Below are positions 1-12,928 of a DNA stretch of 64,000 nt, piece by piece. The notes under the pieces were generated by a model. The model was not told the origin of the DNA and did no database searches. It saw only the letters and a list, made by a program, of their open reading frames with translations. Position 1 is the first letter of the stretch, and the number at the start of each line of letters is the position of its first letter. The stretch covers positions 129,952,001 to 130,016,000 of the forward strand of contig NC_042999.1 of assembly GCF_006345805.1 (NCBI RefSeq), read 5' to 3'. The position numbers and the translations under genes are program-made. The DNA is from Octopus sinensis (lineage: Eukaryota).

Positions 1-235
1 AGATCAATTTCTAATCATTGTGGATTTCTTAAAAGATTAAAATATCTTCAAATTACATGGTTCAATGCAAATAGAGAATTGATTGTGCGTCAAAAGAAAC
101 CATTAAAATTTTTGCAAAGACTGATAGGGTGTTTTCTTTCTCATGTGAAGCAGAAGAAAACATGGCTTTACTGTTGACAGTGGACTTTTCTGGAAATGTT
201 GCTTCAATTCATTTATAATGGCAAGGTTTATTCAC
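1..235 (-). other. ANKRD27: Probable terminal (3'UTR or alternative C-terminal) exon of ANKRD27, running off the window
   Basis: TGTATTTTCAG acceptor at 236; non-repetitive sequence follows. Confidence 0.5.
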
Positions 236-334
236 CTGAAAATACAGATTTTATCTAATTATAATGTACAGATTTTATAAAGATACTTTTCACAAATCCT
301 ATAACAACAACAATAATAATAGGAATTACAGATT

Positions 335-1258
335 TGAGATGTATTCCAGAAGTTTTGAGACTTTTCAGGAGAGACATCTCTTTTACTCTTTTACCTGTTT
401 CAGTCATTTGACTGTGGCCATGCTAGATTACCACCTTTAGTCAAGCAAATCAACCTCAGGGCTTATTCTTTGTAAGCCAAGTACTTTTTCTATCAGTCTC
501 TTATGCCGAACCGCTAAGTTACGGGGACATAAACACACCACCATCGTTTGTCAAGAGATGTTAGGGGAACAAACATACACACACACACACATTATATACA
601 TATACACACGACGGTCTTCTTTCAGTCTCCATCTACCAAATCCACTCACAAGGCTTTAGTCGGCCCGAGGCTATAGTAGAAGACACTTGCCCAAGGTGCC
701 ATGCAGTGGGAATGAATCCGGAACCATGTAGTTGGTAAGCAAGCTACTTACCACACACAGCCACTCTTGTGCCTATTAATCTATTAATTTTAAAGAAGTA
801 CAAAATTAATTTCCTCCAACGCAGGATCCTCTGACTTCAGTGCACTTGTTTTAGTACTCTTGCTACTTCAAGAAGACTCTATGGAAGTCCTCCAAAACAA
901 AGGTATCTAGGACCCTTGTCACAGCCTCCTCCTCCTCCTCAATGAGGTTCTTTTTCAGCTTGGGAAAAAACAAAAAAGTCACATGGTCTGGGCTGTAGGG
1001 AGGGTGAGGGACAGTTTTGATGCCCATCCCTGTCAAGCAGTTGTTTACCAGGATGGAATTGTGAGAAGCAGTGTTTAGTAAGCTGTGACAAGTTGTGTTC
1101 AAAGTGTTGTTACAGCTGTCTCCTTCAATTTGGAATAACAAAAGTTGGCAGGTCAGCTTATTAGACGTATAGTAATGATATACTAAAATTACAATATTCT
1201 AGGAAAGTTATAACTTCCACTCCAAAAAATGTCTCAAAACTTCTGATATGCACCTCAT
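335..1258 (-). mobile_element. Internally deleted mariner relic with a CORE-SINE inserted
   Basis: Inverted ends (GAGATGTATTCCAGAAGTTTTGAGAC / GTCTCAAAACTTCTGATATGCACCTC); peptide KTVPHPPYSPD...FPKLK. Confidence 0.8.
380..775 (-). mobile_element. tRNA-derived CORE-type SINE
   Basis: Reverse complement of 43783-44140; CCTTGGGCAAGT core, internal (CA)n. Confidence 0.85.
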
Positions 1259-1690
1259 ATACTAACAGGTTTAATTTTCATTTGTGAACCAATTTGGGAA
1301 GTTTAGTTGAAACAATCATTTTTAGAGCTAGAGGCCATTTTGCTTCATTACTTCCCTTGAAGTAGAACGCAATCAATTAAGGAAACGAGCAGCCACAGTT
1401 AAATGTCTTATTAAAGAACACAACATAAGAAATAAAGTAGTAAGATTTGAACTTATGTGCCTCTTATGCTAAAGATTCTTTAAAATGCTTGTATTTGGTT
1501 GTATGGGTCAGCTGGAGGGTAAGGGTAAAGAGTACATTTTAGGTAAATATTGACATATTTTCATGAAGTATTATTAATAAAAACTTGCAACTTTAACTAA
1601 GTATTTTACAAAAAAATAAACTTTATATAGAAAAGAGAAAAATAAATTTCAACAATAAACTAACCTGGAATTAAACTGGAAGATTGAATA

Positions 1691-1765
1691 TTAAAAGATT
1701 GCTTCTGATCCTTGTGGTTCTTTAGTGTTTAGGAAACTCACCAATAAATGTTTAATACTTTGGTT
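1691..1765 (-). CDS. ANKRD27: ANKRD27 last coding exon (NQSIKHLLVSFLNTKEPQGSEAIF*); exon probably extends to a donor at 1665
   Basis: TTCCATAG acceptor; resembles human NSKIMELL; TAA at 1693-1691; CAG|GTTAGT donor 26 nt after the stop. Confidence 0.8.
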   Translation of the reverse strand, partial: NQSIKHLLVSFLNTKEPQGSEAIF

Positions 1766-4700
1766 CTATGGAATTAAAATAGAAAATGCAATTATGAGTT
1801 AGAATTTTTATTCTGACAAAAAAAAAAAATCTAACATCTAAAGTATGCGAGAACATGCTTTTATATTTTTGTATTCATCTGAATGGGTTTTCAGAATCCT
1901 CTCATTTTAGCTCTCCATATTTTATTTGTATTTTTTTCACAATAAATCAATAACTGAGACTTCTTAATAAGCAAAGTAAGTTCTTCAGGGAAATCATACA
2001 ACTTCTGTCACATTGCATTGGTGCTTATCATTGAACTAGAACTATAAATGATTCAAATACAGAAGCTTGAAATTTATCATTTACGAAGTCATCATAATCA
2101 TCATCATTTAACGTCCGTTTTCCATGCTAGCATGGGTTGGATGGTTCGACTGGGGTCTGGGAAGCCAGGAGACTGCACCAGGCTCTCATCTGATCTGGTA
2201 GTGTTTCTACAGCTGGATGCCCTTCCTAATGCCAACCACTCCGTGAGTGTAGTGAGTGCGTTTTACGTGCCACTGGCACATGGGCCAGAGGAGGCTGGCA
2301 AATACACAATCAGTTGGTGCTTTTGAAACAAAAAATTATAGTAATGTTAAGCAAGTCAAAGAGGGTATGGAATTAGCTTGAGGAATGAGGGAGAATCAAG
2401 GCTCTTGTTGCTTTGTAGTGCAAACTGGAATAGATTTGGAAACAAATACCTTAATGTTAGGCATCAGCTACATATATCTAGAGGTGAACTCAGATGTCAT
2501 CAGAGAGAAGTGTATCCTAATTGATGAAGGCACACTTGCTGTTACTACTGATGACAAGTGCTACAATGAGAGGTTGTTGAATGAAGAGAATGCATGGAAT
2601 AAAGAAGGGTTAACTCATGTTCACCCAACAGAGAGACCATCAATTCAAGTTGACAGCAGTGTGGTGGAACAACCAATTAAGGACATGAACTTTAGTCTAG
2701 AAGAAACTGTCCTCCCTCAATAAAATATGTAATATTTTTTTCAGAGCTTACTTCCTGTTCTCTTTGCATACTCACCTCTATCTCACATATCTCTCACTCG
2801 CTCTCCCCTCCTTGATTCTCATGTTTACATCACTCATAGCCTACACTTCCTCCAATCTTTCTTCTCTCCACCACCTTGCAGACTACATTATCCACTTCAC
2901 TTTACTGTGATTTCTTGCTTTTCTGAAGGTCCTTAATCACACTCACCCACCCCCTACCCAGTAGAGGTGGAACAGGTAATGGTGAGTGATGAGATAAAGG
3001 CAGGAGGAGAGTAGTGGCTGGTAATACAAAAGGTTTTTTTCAAAACCTACTTCTCGCTCTCTTTGCATACTTCAGAGTAAAGTGAAGTGGATAATGCAGT
3101 GTGCAAGGTGGTGGAGAGAAGAACGACTGGAGGAAATGCAGGCTATGAGTGACAAAAAGATGGGAATAAAGGAGGGAAGAGTGAGTGAGAGTTAGATATG
3201 TGAGATAGGGGTGAGTATGCAAAGAGAGTGGGAAGTAAGCTTTGATAAAAGCTGCTGTACTACCAGCCACCACTCTCCCTCTTGCCTTTATCTCATCACT
3301 CACCATTATCTATTCTACCTCTATTATCATCAATTCTTCCAACACTAACTCCAACCCCTAATTTTCTCTTATCCTTCCATCATACACTTGCTCCATAATC
3401 TCACTCATTCTGGCTTACTCTCTTCCTTTGAGGATCACGTGAGCAAATGCATATGCTCTAAGCTATTAAGTACTCTCTATACTTCAGTCCTACTTTCTTT
3501 CTCAATTTCTACCCATTTCTAGCATCATTGCTGCCATTATTCCCTCTCCTATTTCCTTTCTTCATCCACATGTCTTAGGTTGCTAAGTATTTAAAGAAAA
3601 GGCATCCAATAAACCTGTTGAAGTAGTTGGTGATAGGAAGGGCATCCAGCCATAGAAACCGAGCCAAATGATGCATAAGAGCATCAGTCTTTAGAAGCAG
3701 TAGCTTCCAATGAGAAATGATTTGGATCATGATGACTCATCCAATTCATGCCAGCATGGAAAGCAGCCATAAAATGATGATGAATATTTAAGACCAATTT
3801 TAATAAAAAAAGTAATGCCAAAGTAGCAAAAGGTATTTCCAATTCACAATACTTTAGTACATACCTCTGCTAAATGCACTGGAGACAGATTTAAAAGATT
3901 TACTAGACTGATATTAGCACCAGCCTCAAGTAGCAAGGCCACTAAATTTGCATTGTTGGTACCCACTGCCTCATGCAAACAGGTGCTTCCAATATGGTTA
4001 CGTTGGTTTACTCGAGCACCATGCTAGAAAAAGTACAAACAGAATATTAAAAAAAAACATAAATCAAATGCATTAATGTAGAACAGGAAAAGAATAAAGA
4101 AAATTTTTTAATATTTTGACTAAAATGGAAATGGCTGCCTGCAAATTTAAAACTATTTTCTAAAATAGAATTTAAAGTAAATATTTTAATTCACAAATCG
4201 ATGGAAAACAATGCAATGAGGATTGCAACAATTAACATACCACAAGTTAAATTTGTTTTACAAGTTTGGGATACTGTTACAGTTAAGTTATTTAATACTA
4301 GCTCGACCACGATTTACACACATCAGCAAGCATGCATTTGCTGTTCATAGCTGATGAATCAAAAGAACATAGAAATGCATGCATTATACAATTCAATGTC
4401 ATTCATAGCCCAATGCATTAACCATTCATCTAAAAGGAGACTTTTCTCACATTACTATTTCCACAACAGAAGTTCTCCACATGCCTGAGTATACTTGAAT
4501 GCATCAAATATAACTTTAAACAAATATACCTTATATATTTTAAATTTTAGTCCACAATAATGAATATTGATTGCTAACATTGTACAGTTACATATTGGTG
4601 TATGTGTCTAGGGAGTAAGGGAGATACAGTCAAATCTAACTTAGAAATAGTGGACAACTATTACAAAAATTTTTCTTCCTAAACATTTAAAAGGAGTGAA

Positions 4701-7700
4701 AAATAAAAACCTAATATCAGTGCTTCAACATGGCCTTAGCTGTAATAGTTAAAATGAATGCTAAAGAATTTTGAAAACACATACACACTTTTGAAATGAA
4801 AAAGTAAATACCTCTAGTAGCAGAGTAGCTAAAGGAATATTTGCCTTATGACAACTGTGATGTAAAGGACTATTCCCACAATGGTCAGCTAAGTTCACTT
4901 TGGCTCCATATGATAACAGTAACTCAACCATCTGCAAAGAAAAAAAAATACAAGCTGATATACCGCAAGTGTGTGTATGTGTGTATGATATGATATATGA
5001 AGATTGCCTCATCTTATTGGATGAAAGCTTGCTCACATTCAGCTTCATTGTTCCAATCTACCTTCATCCTTACAAGTGTGCAGATATGACTTTTACTATG
5101 TATCCATTACCATAGGACTTTATAAAATACGAAGCAGACCAGGATATGAAGCCTGGTGCAGGCTACTGGTATGCCAGTCCACAATCAAACTGTCCAACCT
5201 ATGCTAACATGGAAAATGGACATAAGGTTTCTTTTAATAAACTTATTCCTTTTCAAAGGCAAGAAAATACTAAAAAAGTGATGCAGATGATGGTGATTAT
5301 GATAATGGACAGATTTTCAGTTTGAAATTCTAATATTACAATTTGGATATTTTCTAATAAAATACAGATATTTTGAAATAATTATGAGACTATATCTTTA
5401 TATTTATTATATACTAATCTGAATAAGAACAGCAGTAGCCTGGGTAGTGCCAGGTCATTCAGCTAATATATAACATTCTGAGGTTGAAGAATTCTTGTCT
5501 TTTAATAAAGAAACTTATTCTTTATCAAAAGCAATAAAATACTAAAAAGGTGATGCAGATGATGGTGATTATGATAATGGTAATATAGTAAATTCTTTAC
5601 CTCTACATCATCATTCATGCAAGCCAAATGAAGTGGAGTAAAACCATCCTCTGACAAACAGTTAATGTGTGCCCCTGCTTCTAGCATAGTTTTTGCTAAT
5701 TCTAAGCTGTTCGCTTGGACTGTTAAATGAAGAGCTGTGAGTCCTTGACAATTGCGCTTGTTAATATCGATGTCATTCTGTTTCTTTGCTAACTTCTAAA
5801 ATAAAGAAAATACGAAAGATTTCAGAAAGAAAATACAATACGCCTTTTCAGGCCAGTAATTTTATGCAAATAAGGATAGCTTGATGGACAATAATAATAA
5901 TAATAATAATAAAAAGTAATACTTTTTATTTATTTAATATACAGGATGTCCCAGAGTTAACTATCTTTTTCAAGGAAATCAGGCAAATAAAAAAAAAAAA
6001 CTGACAGAATTTTATGTTTATTACTTAATTACAATAGCAAAACAAATAGATTTATAAATCTTATGTTAAAGCTTTATTGAAAATTTTCAACATGTTTTCC
6101 ATCTGTAAATCTATCCTTAGCTTTGCAAAACACAATTTGAAGCATTTCAGGATTTATCTCCTGCACTGCTAACTAAATTCATTCTTTAAGTTCAGCTAAA
6201 CTATTGCTCCATCCTAGGGATAGAGGTTGAGAAAATGATTGCAGCCAAAGTGAAAAAACGCTGTCACGGACAGATAAGCGGGATCCAACACAAGTGAAAA
6301 TAAAATTATAAAACAACAAGAGCACTCAGAGAGCGCAAACCTCTGCCAAGGCAGCACCAACATCATCTCAACGATTAGCCAGAGATGATTTTTAAAAGGA
6401 GACTATCTGAAATAAACTCGACTGCTCTCACAAATGAGAATACTAAAAATGAACCTGACCGTTCTCAAAAATTAAGTAAAAAAAAAAACGGAAAAATAAT
6501 TCAAAATCCTAGTCTGGTACCAGATCGATCCCAAAATCTAATCAGTTTGTGCCAGTCATGAGGCCAAACATCCTTGAAAGTTTCATATGAATCCATCCAG
6601 TGGTTCTTGAAATATCTTGTCCACACACAAACAAACACAACTGAAAACAATACCTCTGCCTTCCCTAAGGCAGAGGTGATTATAAACAAAATTTTAAATT
6701 TATACACTTTTAACACATGTTAAACACCTAAACATAAATAAAAGTGAATTTTTAAAAAATTGTTCGATTTCAATGAAAGAGAGAGTTAATTCTAGGACAG
6801 CCCGTATTTAATTATTTAATTTATGTGAGATTTTCCTAATTGAATTCCATGTAATTGACATGATTGCACATCTATGCATTCTCTCACCCAAGTTACGAGA
6901 GTTAAATTGATTTGATCAAAAGATGACATGTAACATCTGGCCTTTGTGCCAAAAACCTGATGCTGGCTATTATAACTACAAAACTAACTTTCTCTTAGAC
7001 ATGCTACACTTCATTAAAACATAAAAACAATAATGAATAAATGTTTGAATATCAAGATACATTAATTTATCCTTTTTACATCAATGCAATAAATAGTAAA
7101 ATGCTAAAACTTTAAAAACTATCCATCAACTAGTGATCAGTTGTACTGACTTCATGGAAGAGAACTGTTATGCTCTTTCTAAAAGCATTAACAGAGTAAA
7201 TGAAATAGCGAAAACTGTATGCAGAATTATCTATAATTATTACCATTTTGGATACAAAATCCATCTTGCAATGGAAGAAGTACTGATGATAAAATTGGCT
7301 GCAGTACCTTACTTCAGATACTAGAAATTCCATTGAATCTAGTTAGATTTAAATTGAACTTAGCCCTGGTGATACATAGAAACTAGACAAAGAAAAGATT
7401 AACCATAGCTCTCTACTGTGCTAGCTATCTCCGTTGCCCTGAATTATTAATTAATAAAATTTTCACTTGGAAAACACTAACATTCTGTATAGAGAAGTTG
7501 AATGGTTCTGAAAATTCACAAATTTGCATGAACTGCTAAAGTGATTACTACCAATGTAAATGAGTATTATTTACTCAACAGTAAAATATGAGCACAACCA
7601 ATTTATAGCTAGAAAGTAAAATGTAAAATAGAATGCCAAGAAGTATATTCCAACAGATAGTTATTAGGTTACTAGTAGAGTACCTTGCTATTCAGCCATT

Positions 7701-10700
7701 AAACCTCTTATACAAGTTAGCTTCTCAAAAGTTGATCTGTACATATTTCAATCAACTGCCCACTTCATTACTGAGTAGTTACAAGTACAAACCCGATATA
7801 CATTTTATCTCATTTTCTTTTAATCTTTTTGGCTTATTTGAGAGCACTTCTAGCCATCTCTTTGAGTTCAATAAGGATTTTGGAACACAGGTAGTTGTCT
7901 GTCCTCGATGTCACTTTGGAGGATGCAGAGGGGCTAGCATGGGACTGCCAGAAATAGAGAGCACTGGTGGATCTGGTCAGCTCTATGCATGATAACGTCT
8001 CTGGAACCACTAACCTGGGATGACCCAGCCCCATCAAATAACAGCATGAAGTTAGTAGTAGTCCATCAGGTCTCAGCCATCTCCTGTATATTATAGTTCT
8101 CTAGAATGTAATGAAGAAGTTCAAGACAAGGTGTCTGTGAGCACTGTTGTATACCAAAGTCCTAATTTTCATCATCAAATTAATCAAAGACTAAGAAGAA
8201 AAATTCCTACATTGGATGTAGAACATTAAATCAAGGCAACCTAGCAAAGACAATAGTCTTAGCAAGAAAAATACCATTTGAGAAGTGGCCATGTTTGATA
8301 TGCACTAAAAGGTGTAGATCAGGTATAGGCAACTATTTTTGAGAAGCAGGTTGCATGAGATATGGCTCGTTATGAGGTGAGTCACACTACTAAATAAATG
8401 CAAGATAATTTTTGCACTGGTTTGCCATTCAGAAAGTCCCGCAGGTTGCAGTTTGCCCATGACTGATGTAGATAGAAAGTCTATATCATGTAAACTATGG
8501 GTGCACAAGAGATGCAGTGGGATTACTTATAGACTGACAGAAAACAACAGTATATAGATGATATGCAGTAGTTTGCACTCATAGCATCCATATGTAGCCT
8601 AGACTGCTACCTTGAGAGTTCAAATTCCGCTGAGGTCGACTTTGCCTTTCATCCTTTTGGGGTAGATAAATTAAGTACCAGTTATGCACCAGGGTCAATG
8701 TAATCAACTTAATCCCTTTGTCTGTCCTTGTTTATCCCCTCTATGTTTAGCCCCTTGTGGGCAATAAAGAAATTAGAATGCTACCTTGAAGTAGTTAACA
8801 ACTTCTGTTACCTAGATAACCAATTTGGCAGCAAAAGTGAGGTACAGAAGTTACGGAAGCCAGAGTAAGAATAAAGTGAATAAGTTCAAGCTGTAACGTC
8901 TACTGGGAACAAATAAATTCTCTCAAGTGAAGGACAGTTTGTATGATGTTTGTATATGAAGTGTGATATTGTATGGTACATAGACACTGAATGCAGAGGA
9001 GATATGAAGGCTGAAAAGAAATAAGATGAGCATATTCTGTAGGATGTACATATGAAGGGTAGAGCACAAATGAGCTGAGATAAAAACTAGGTAGAAGAAT
9101 CAACAACAGTGTGCTAATACTGACATAAGACGTATATGAAGGATGACGCTTGGGCAAAGAAGTGCCAAGCAATCCAAGTGGAAGGAGCTTATAAAAGATG
9201 ACGATACCAAAAGAAAAGATGAAATCTGATCTCACAATATTGAATCCACATGAGGGAGATGACAAGAGAGTGCAACAAATGGTAAGATGTCTGGAGAAAA
9301 CCCATCCAACCCAAGCAAATAGGAAAAAATAAAGATAAAATGATGACATAACATTTCATAATTAAAATAGTTCAAAACAAATTTATTCAATTTACTGTTT
9401 GCAAATATTTTCCCAAGTTCTTATTACGAATCTTTTAAAATGCTTTTGATAAATCAAGTGTTTTCTTTTTTTAAAAAAAAAAAAACACCAATTAACTAAG
9501 AACATTTATGCTCCTGGCAGGAAAAAAAACCCCAATTAACTAAGAACATTTATGTTCCATGGCAGGAACATAAATGTGTCATGAACAGGGGCACAATACA
9601 ATGCAACAATATTACACATGAAAATTAATTTGAAAAGTTCTTTCATAAATTAAAAAAAGAGCTAGGAGCCTAAATTAACAAAAACATTTTATATAACATT
9701 CTAAAATTTCATAGAAAATTTGATATTTTCAGCATATATAATTGATATCATCATCACTAGTTTCCTATTAGATGTATATATACCTGTTTTCAAAAATATA
9801 AGTGGCAAGTTATAGTTTGAAATGATCAATATTTCTTATAATGTACTCAAAGGATTTAAGCAAAATTACAAACCTAATACCTGAATTTCTTCTGAATATT
9901 TTACATTAAGTTGACATGGCAGTTTGAAATGAGTGTACAGTGTGGATAGTTAGACAAGTATAAATTTACAGAGAACAGAACAATTATGGTTTATATAAAG
10001 TATAGTTTACATCAATGAACAGAACATATTACACTAGCTCACAGCAGTACACAATACATTATTTGTAAGATAAACAAGATCAATAAACAATGTATTAAAC
10101 TGACATCTGTATACAATGATTCAATGAACAAGATAAATGAACATGTGTTCAACTAACAACAATGAACAAGATCAATAGACAAAAGGTTTTAAGCTAACAG
10201 CAGTACACAGTAGCATCATAGATAAGAATGGTGAACCCTATGAATAGAACTAAAGTTTGTCTATTCAATCTTAATCTGAAGTAATATGAAATGTAGTGCT
10301 TGTTGATTGAAATAGAATATAGATAAAAACATGAGAAATTAAGTTGATAATCTGCTCAACTTTCAATCCTCAGTTCGGTTAGCTGAGATATATCAGGCAC
10401 TGACAAGTATTATCTTTGGTATGAAGATAAAACAAATGACTGTAATAGGTAGCATAGGTAAACTACTGTCAACATGATGTTGAGAATAAGTACAGAATAG
10501 ATGAGTTTTGGGACTTTTTCTTGAACATAAAGTTCATTCTAAGTATAGAATCTAGAGAGATTAATTTGTTGAAAGACAAACTGTTCTTCAAATCCCAACA
10601 CATAATCTTTCAAGGTGAAGAACTATATTTTGTCTAAAAGTTTCTTCTTAGAAGTATGTAAACATTGAGGGAAAACATATGCAACAGAACATGGTGAGAA

Positions 10701-12865
10701 ATACAAGTGCAACATATAAGAAAGTGTAGTCACTCATGCTGGCAGTTCTATAGAGTTTTAGAGAAATGAGATATAGGATAATCATTTCCATCAATGTCGG
10801 TTTGAAGGTAAATGTTAGTATTGAAAGCAATAAGAGAAGCACTTTTACTGGAGAGCAGTAACAAAGTGCCTTGACCAAAGACCACGCTATTTCAAAGATG
10901 GACAAAGTACTGTACAAAAATAATTAAGAAAAAAATTACTTTGGGATGGTGACATACACTATGAATAAAATATATTAGTACAGACTTGTAAGATAGATAT
11001 ATTAATTATAAAACAAACTGAATATGACAATGGAACTTAACTATCTGATTAAACAGAAGTTTTTCTAACTTAAATTCTACTTCACAATGTGGATCAGCTT
11101 AAAGTGATAATCTCCTGCTACAATGGAAAATAGTTTATCATTTGCAATTTATTTTCAAGGTAAATAATAAAAATAAATTGTACGTTTATTATTTCTGCTG
11201 TAAAAACTAGAATATTTGGTCAAGTACTTTAACTACTAAATGAGAGGAGTATGGGTGAATGATGTTTACAACAAAAGACAAATTATATGAAAAGGGAGAG
11301 GCAATGGAAGTGTCATGCAGTTGCCTAGTAATGAAAACACATTGAACCACAGTTGCACAATGTTACTTACATATCCTTGAGATAGCAGCTCTTTTAAAGA
11401 CTGAAGGAAAAATGCAATTTGGTTAGTGCTGCAATATATCTACTTTAAATGCATGCTTGCATTCGCAAATAACATTGAAATAAATAAAAAAAAGTACATA
11501 AAAGAGAAAAAGCAAACAAGCCTTCTTAAAATATCTACAACTGGCACAACCAATGTCTATAAGTTGCAAATAAAAACAAGAAATTCTAAACTAATTTTAA
11601 AACACAATAATATATATAAAAAAAAGAAATCCACTAGAAATATTTTAATGAAGATGGTTTATATAATTCTATGGCAGATATGGTACTGAATAATGATATT
11701 AATTATTGTCAATCTTGCAATGATGAAGATGTATTTAGTGCCTATAACAGAACTTTCTTTTAAGTACAAGGACGAAATAATTATGATGAAACATTTCAAA
11801 GAAAACTGGTTTGGTAAAATAGATTTTGTCTCATTTCTAGCCGTAATGCAGACCAAACCTTAGGTTTGATAAGAAATACTTCAGTTTCTAACATACATTA
11901 TAAAATTCATTACATATGAGAGAGAGAGAATAGAGATTGAGAATAAGAGAGAAAAAAATGTTTTTCCATTCTACTTTGAACTGAATTTCATAAATAAACA
12001 ACAGGTTGTGATACGCTACTCAAAAAAATATTTTCTCCTACTTATGTTTGTTATTCTTTTTCCTTAGTATTTACAAAAATATTAATACATCGATTTCTAA
12101 CATTAGCATGAAGTAAATTTTCATGGTTGGAGGGAGGTGGGGTATAATTGATAAAAATCTCAGTACCCGACAGACACTTTAGGTGAGGTTGACAGCGGTA
12201 GTGTTTAAGCCTTTAGCATTCAAACCAGTCATATTCAACTCAAATATATTTATCTGTTTTACGTTCAAACTAGCCAGACCTGATCTCTCACACCTACTCT
12301 ACAATGTCATTCTAAAAATGCAACAGTCACATTATTAAATTTTCAAAGGTATGAGATAATGCATAATTAATTCAAAGCAATGTGAATAAATAAACTTTAC
12401 ATTGGACAGAAAATTCTGAATAATAAAGGATTAAATGAGAGAGAGAGATAATTATGTTATGACCACAAAACTATATTTCAAGTAAAATTGTATTAGGAAT
12501 GATCTGCTGTGAGAAGGATCTAGTCCAACATATCAAGTCTTGCTTAGGATATGGAAAAAAAAATATTATCACTTAGGCTGGAGACAGACTAATAAATGCT
12601 TAACACTTTCCATGGCAAAGGAACTTTACCATCATTGACTTTTACCGATGCAGACATCATTATTTTCCTTGGATGTTGAATTTTAATATAAAACTAGGTC
12701 ATTACTCGTCACTATGCTGCTGGTAAAAATATTTGTTAATCATTCACGTACCTTCATAAATTGTTCAAAGTGAAATCTTTTTTTAAAGTCCATGTGGCAT
12801 TGTCTGCGTTGAAAGACATACAGAAACACACCCACACCCACAAAAATAACTATTATGTGTGTATG

Positions 12866-12928
<63 letters not shown>

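Noticed and set aside
7130-7333. Overlapping 63-67 aa ORFs on both strands
   Set aside because: No recognisable domain, and nearby splice-like sites give 8 or 13 nt frame-breaking units with weak pyrimidine tracts.
10648-10917. Hydrophobic small ORF (…MSDYTFLYVALVFLTMFCC…) behind an acceptor-like TTTTTGTACAG
   Set aside because: T-rich strands give hydrophobic ORFs by chance. In the host phase the acceptor gives YFVHL*. No homology or donor recognised; an alternative terminal exon cannot be excluded without RNA data.
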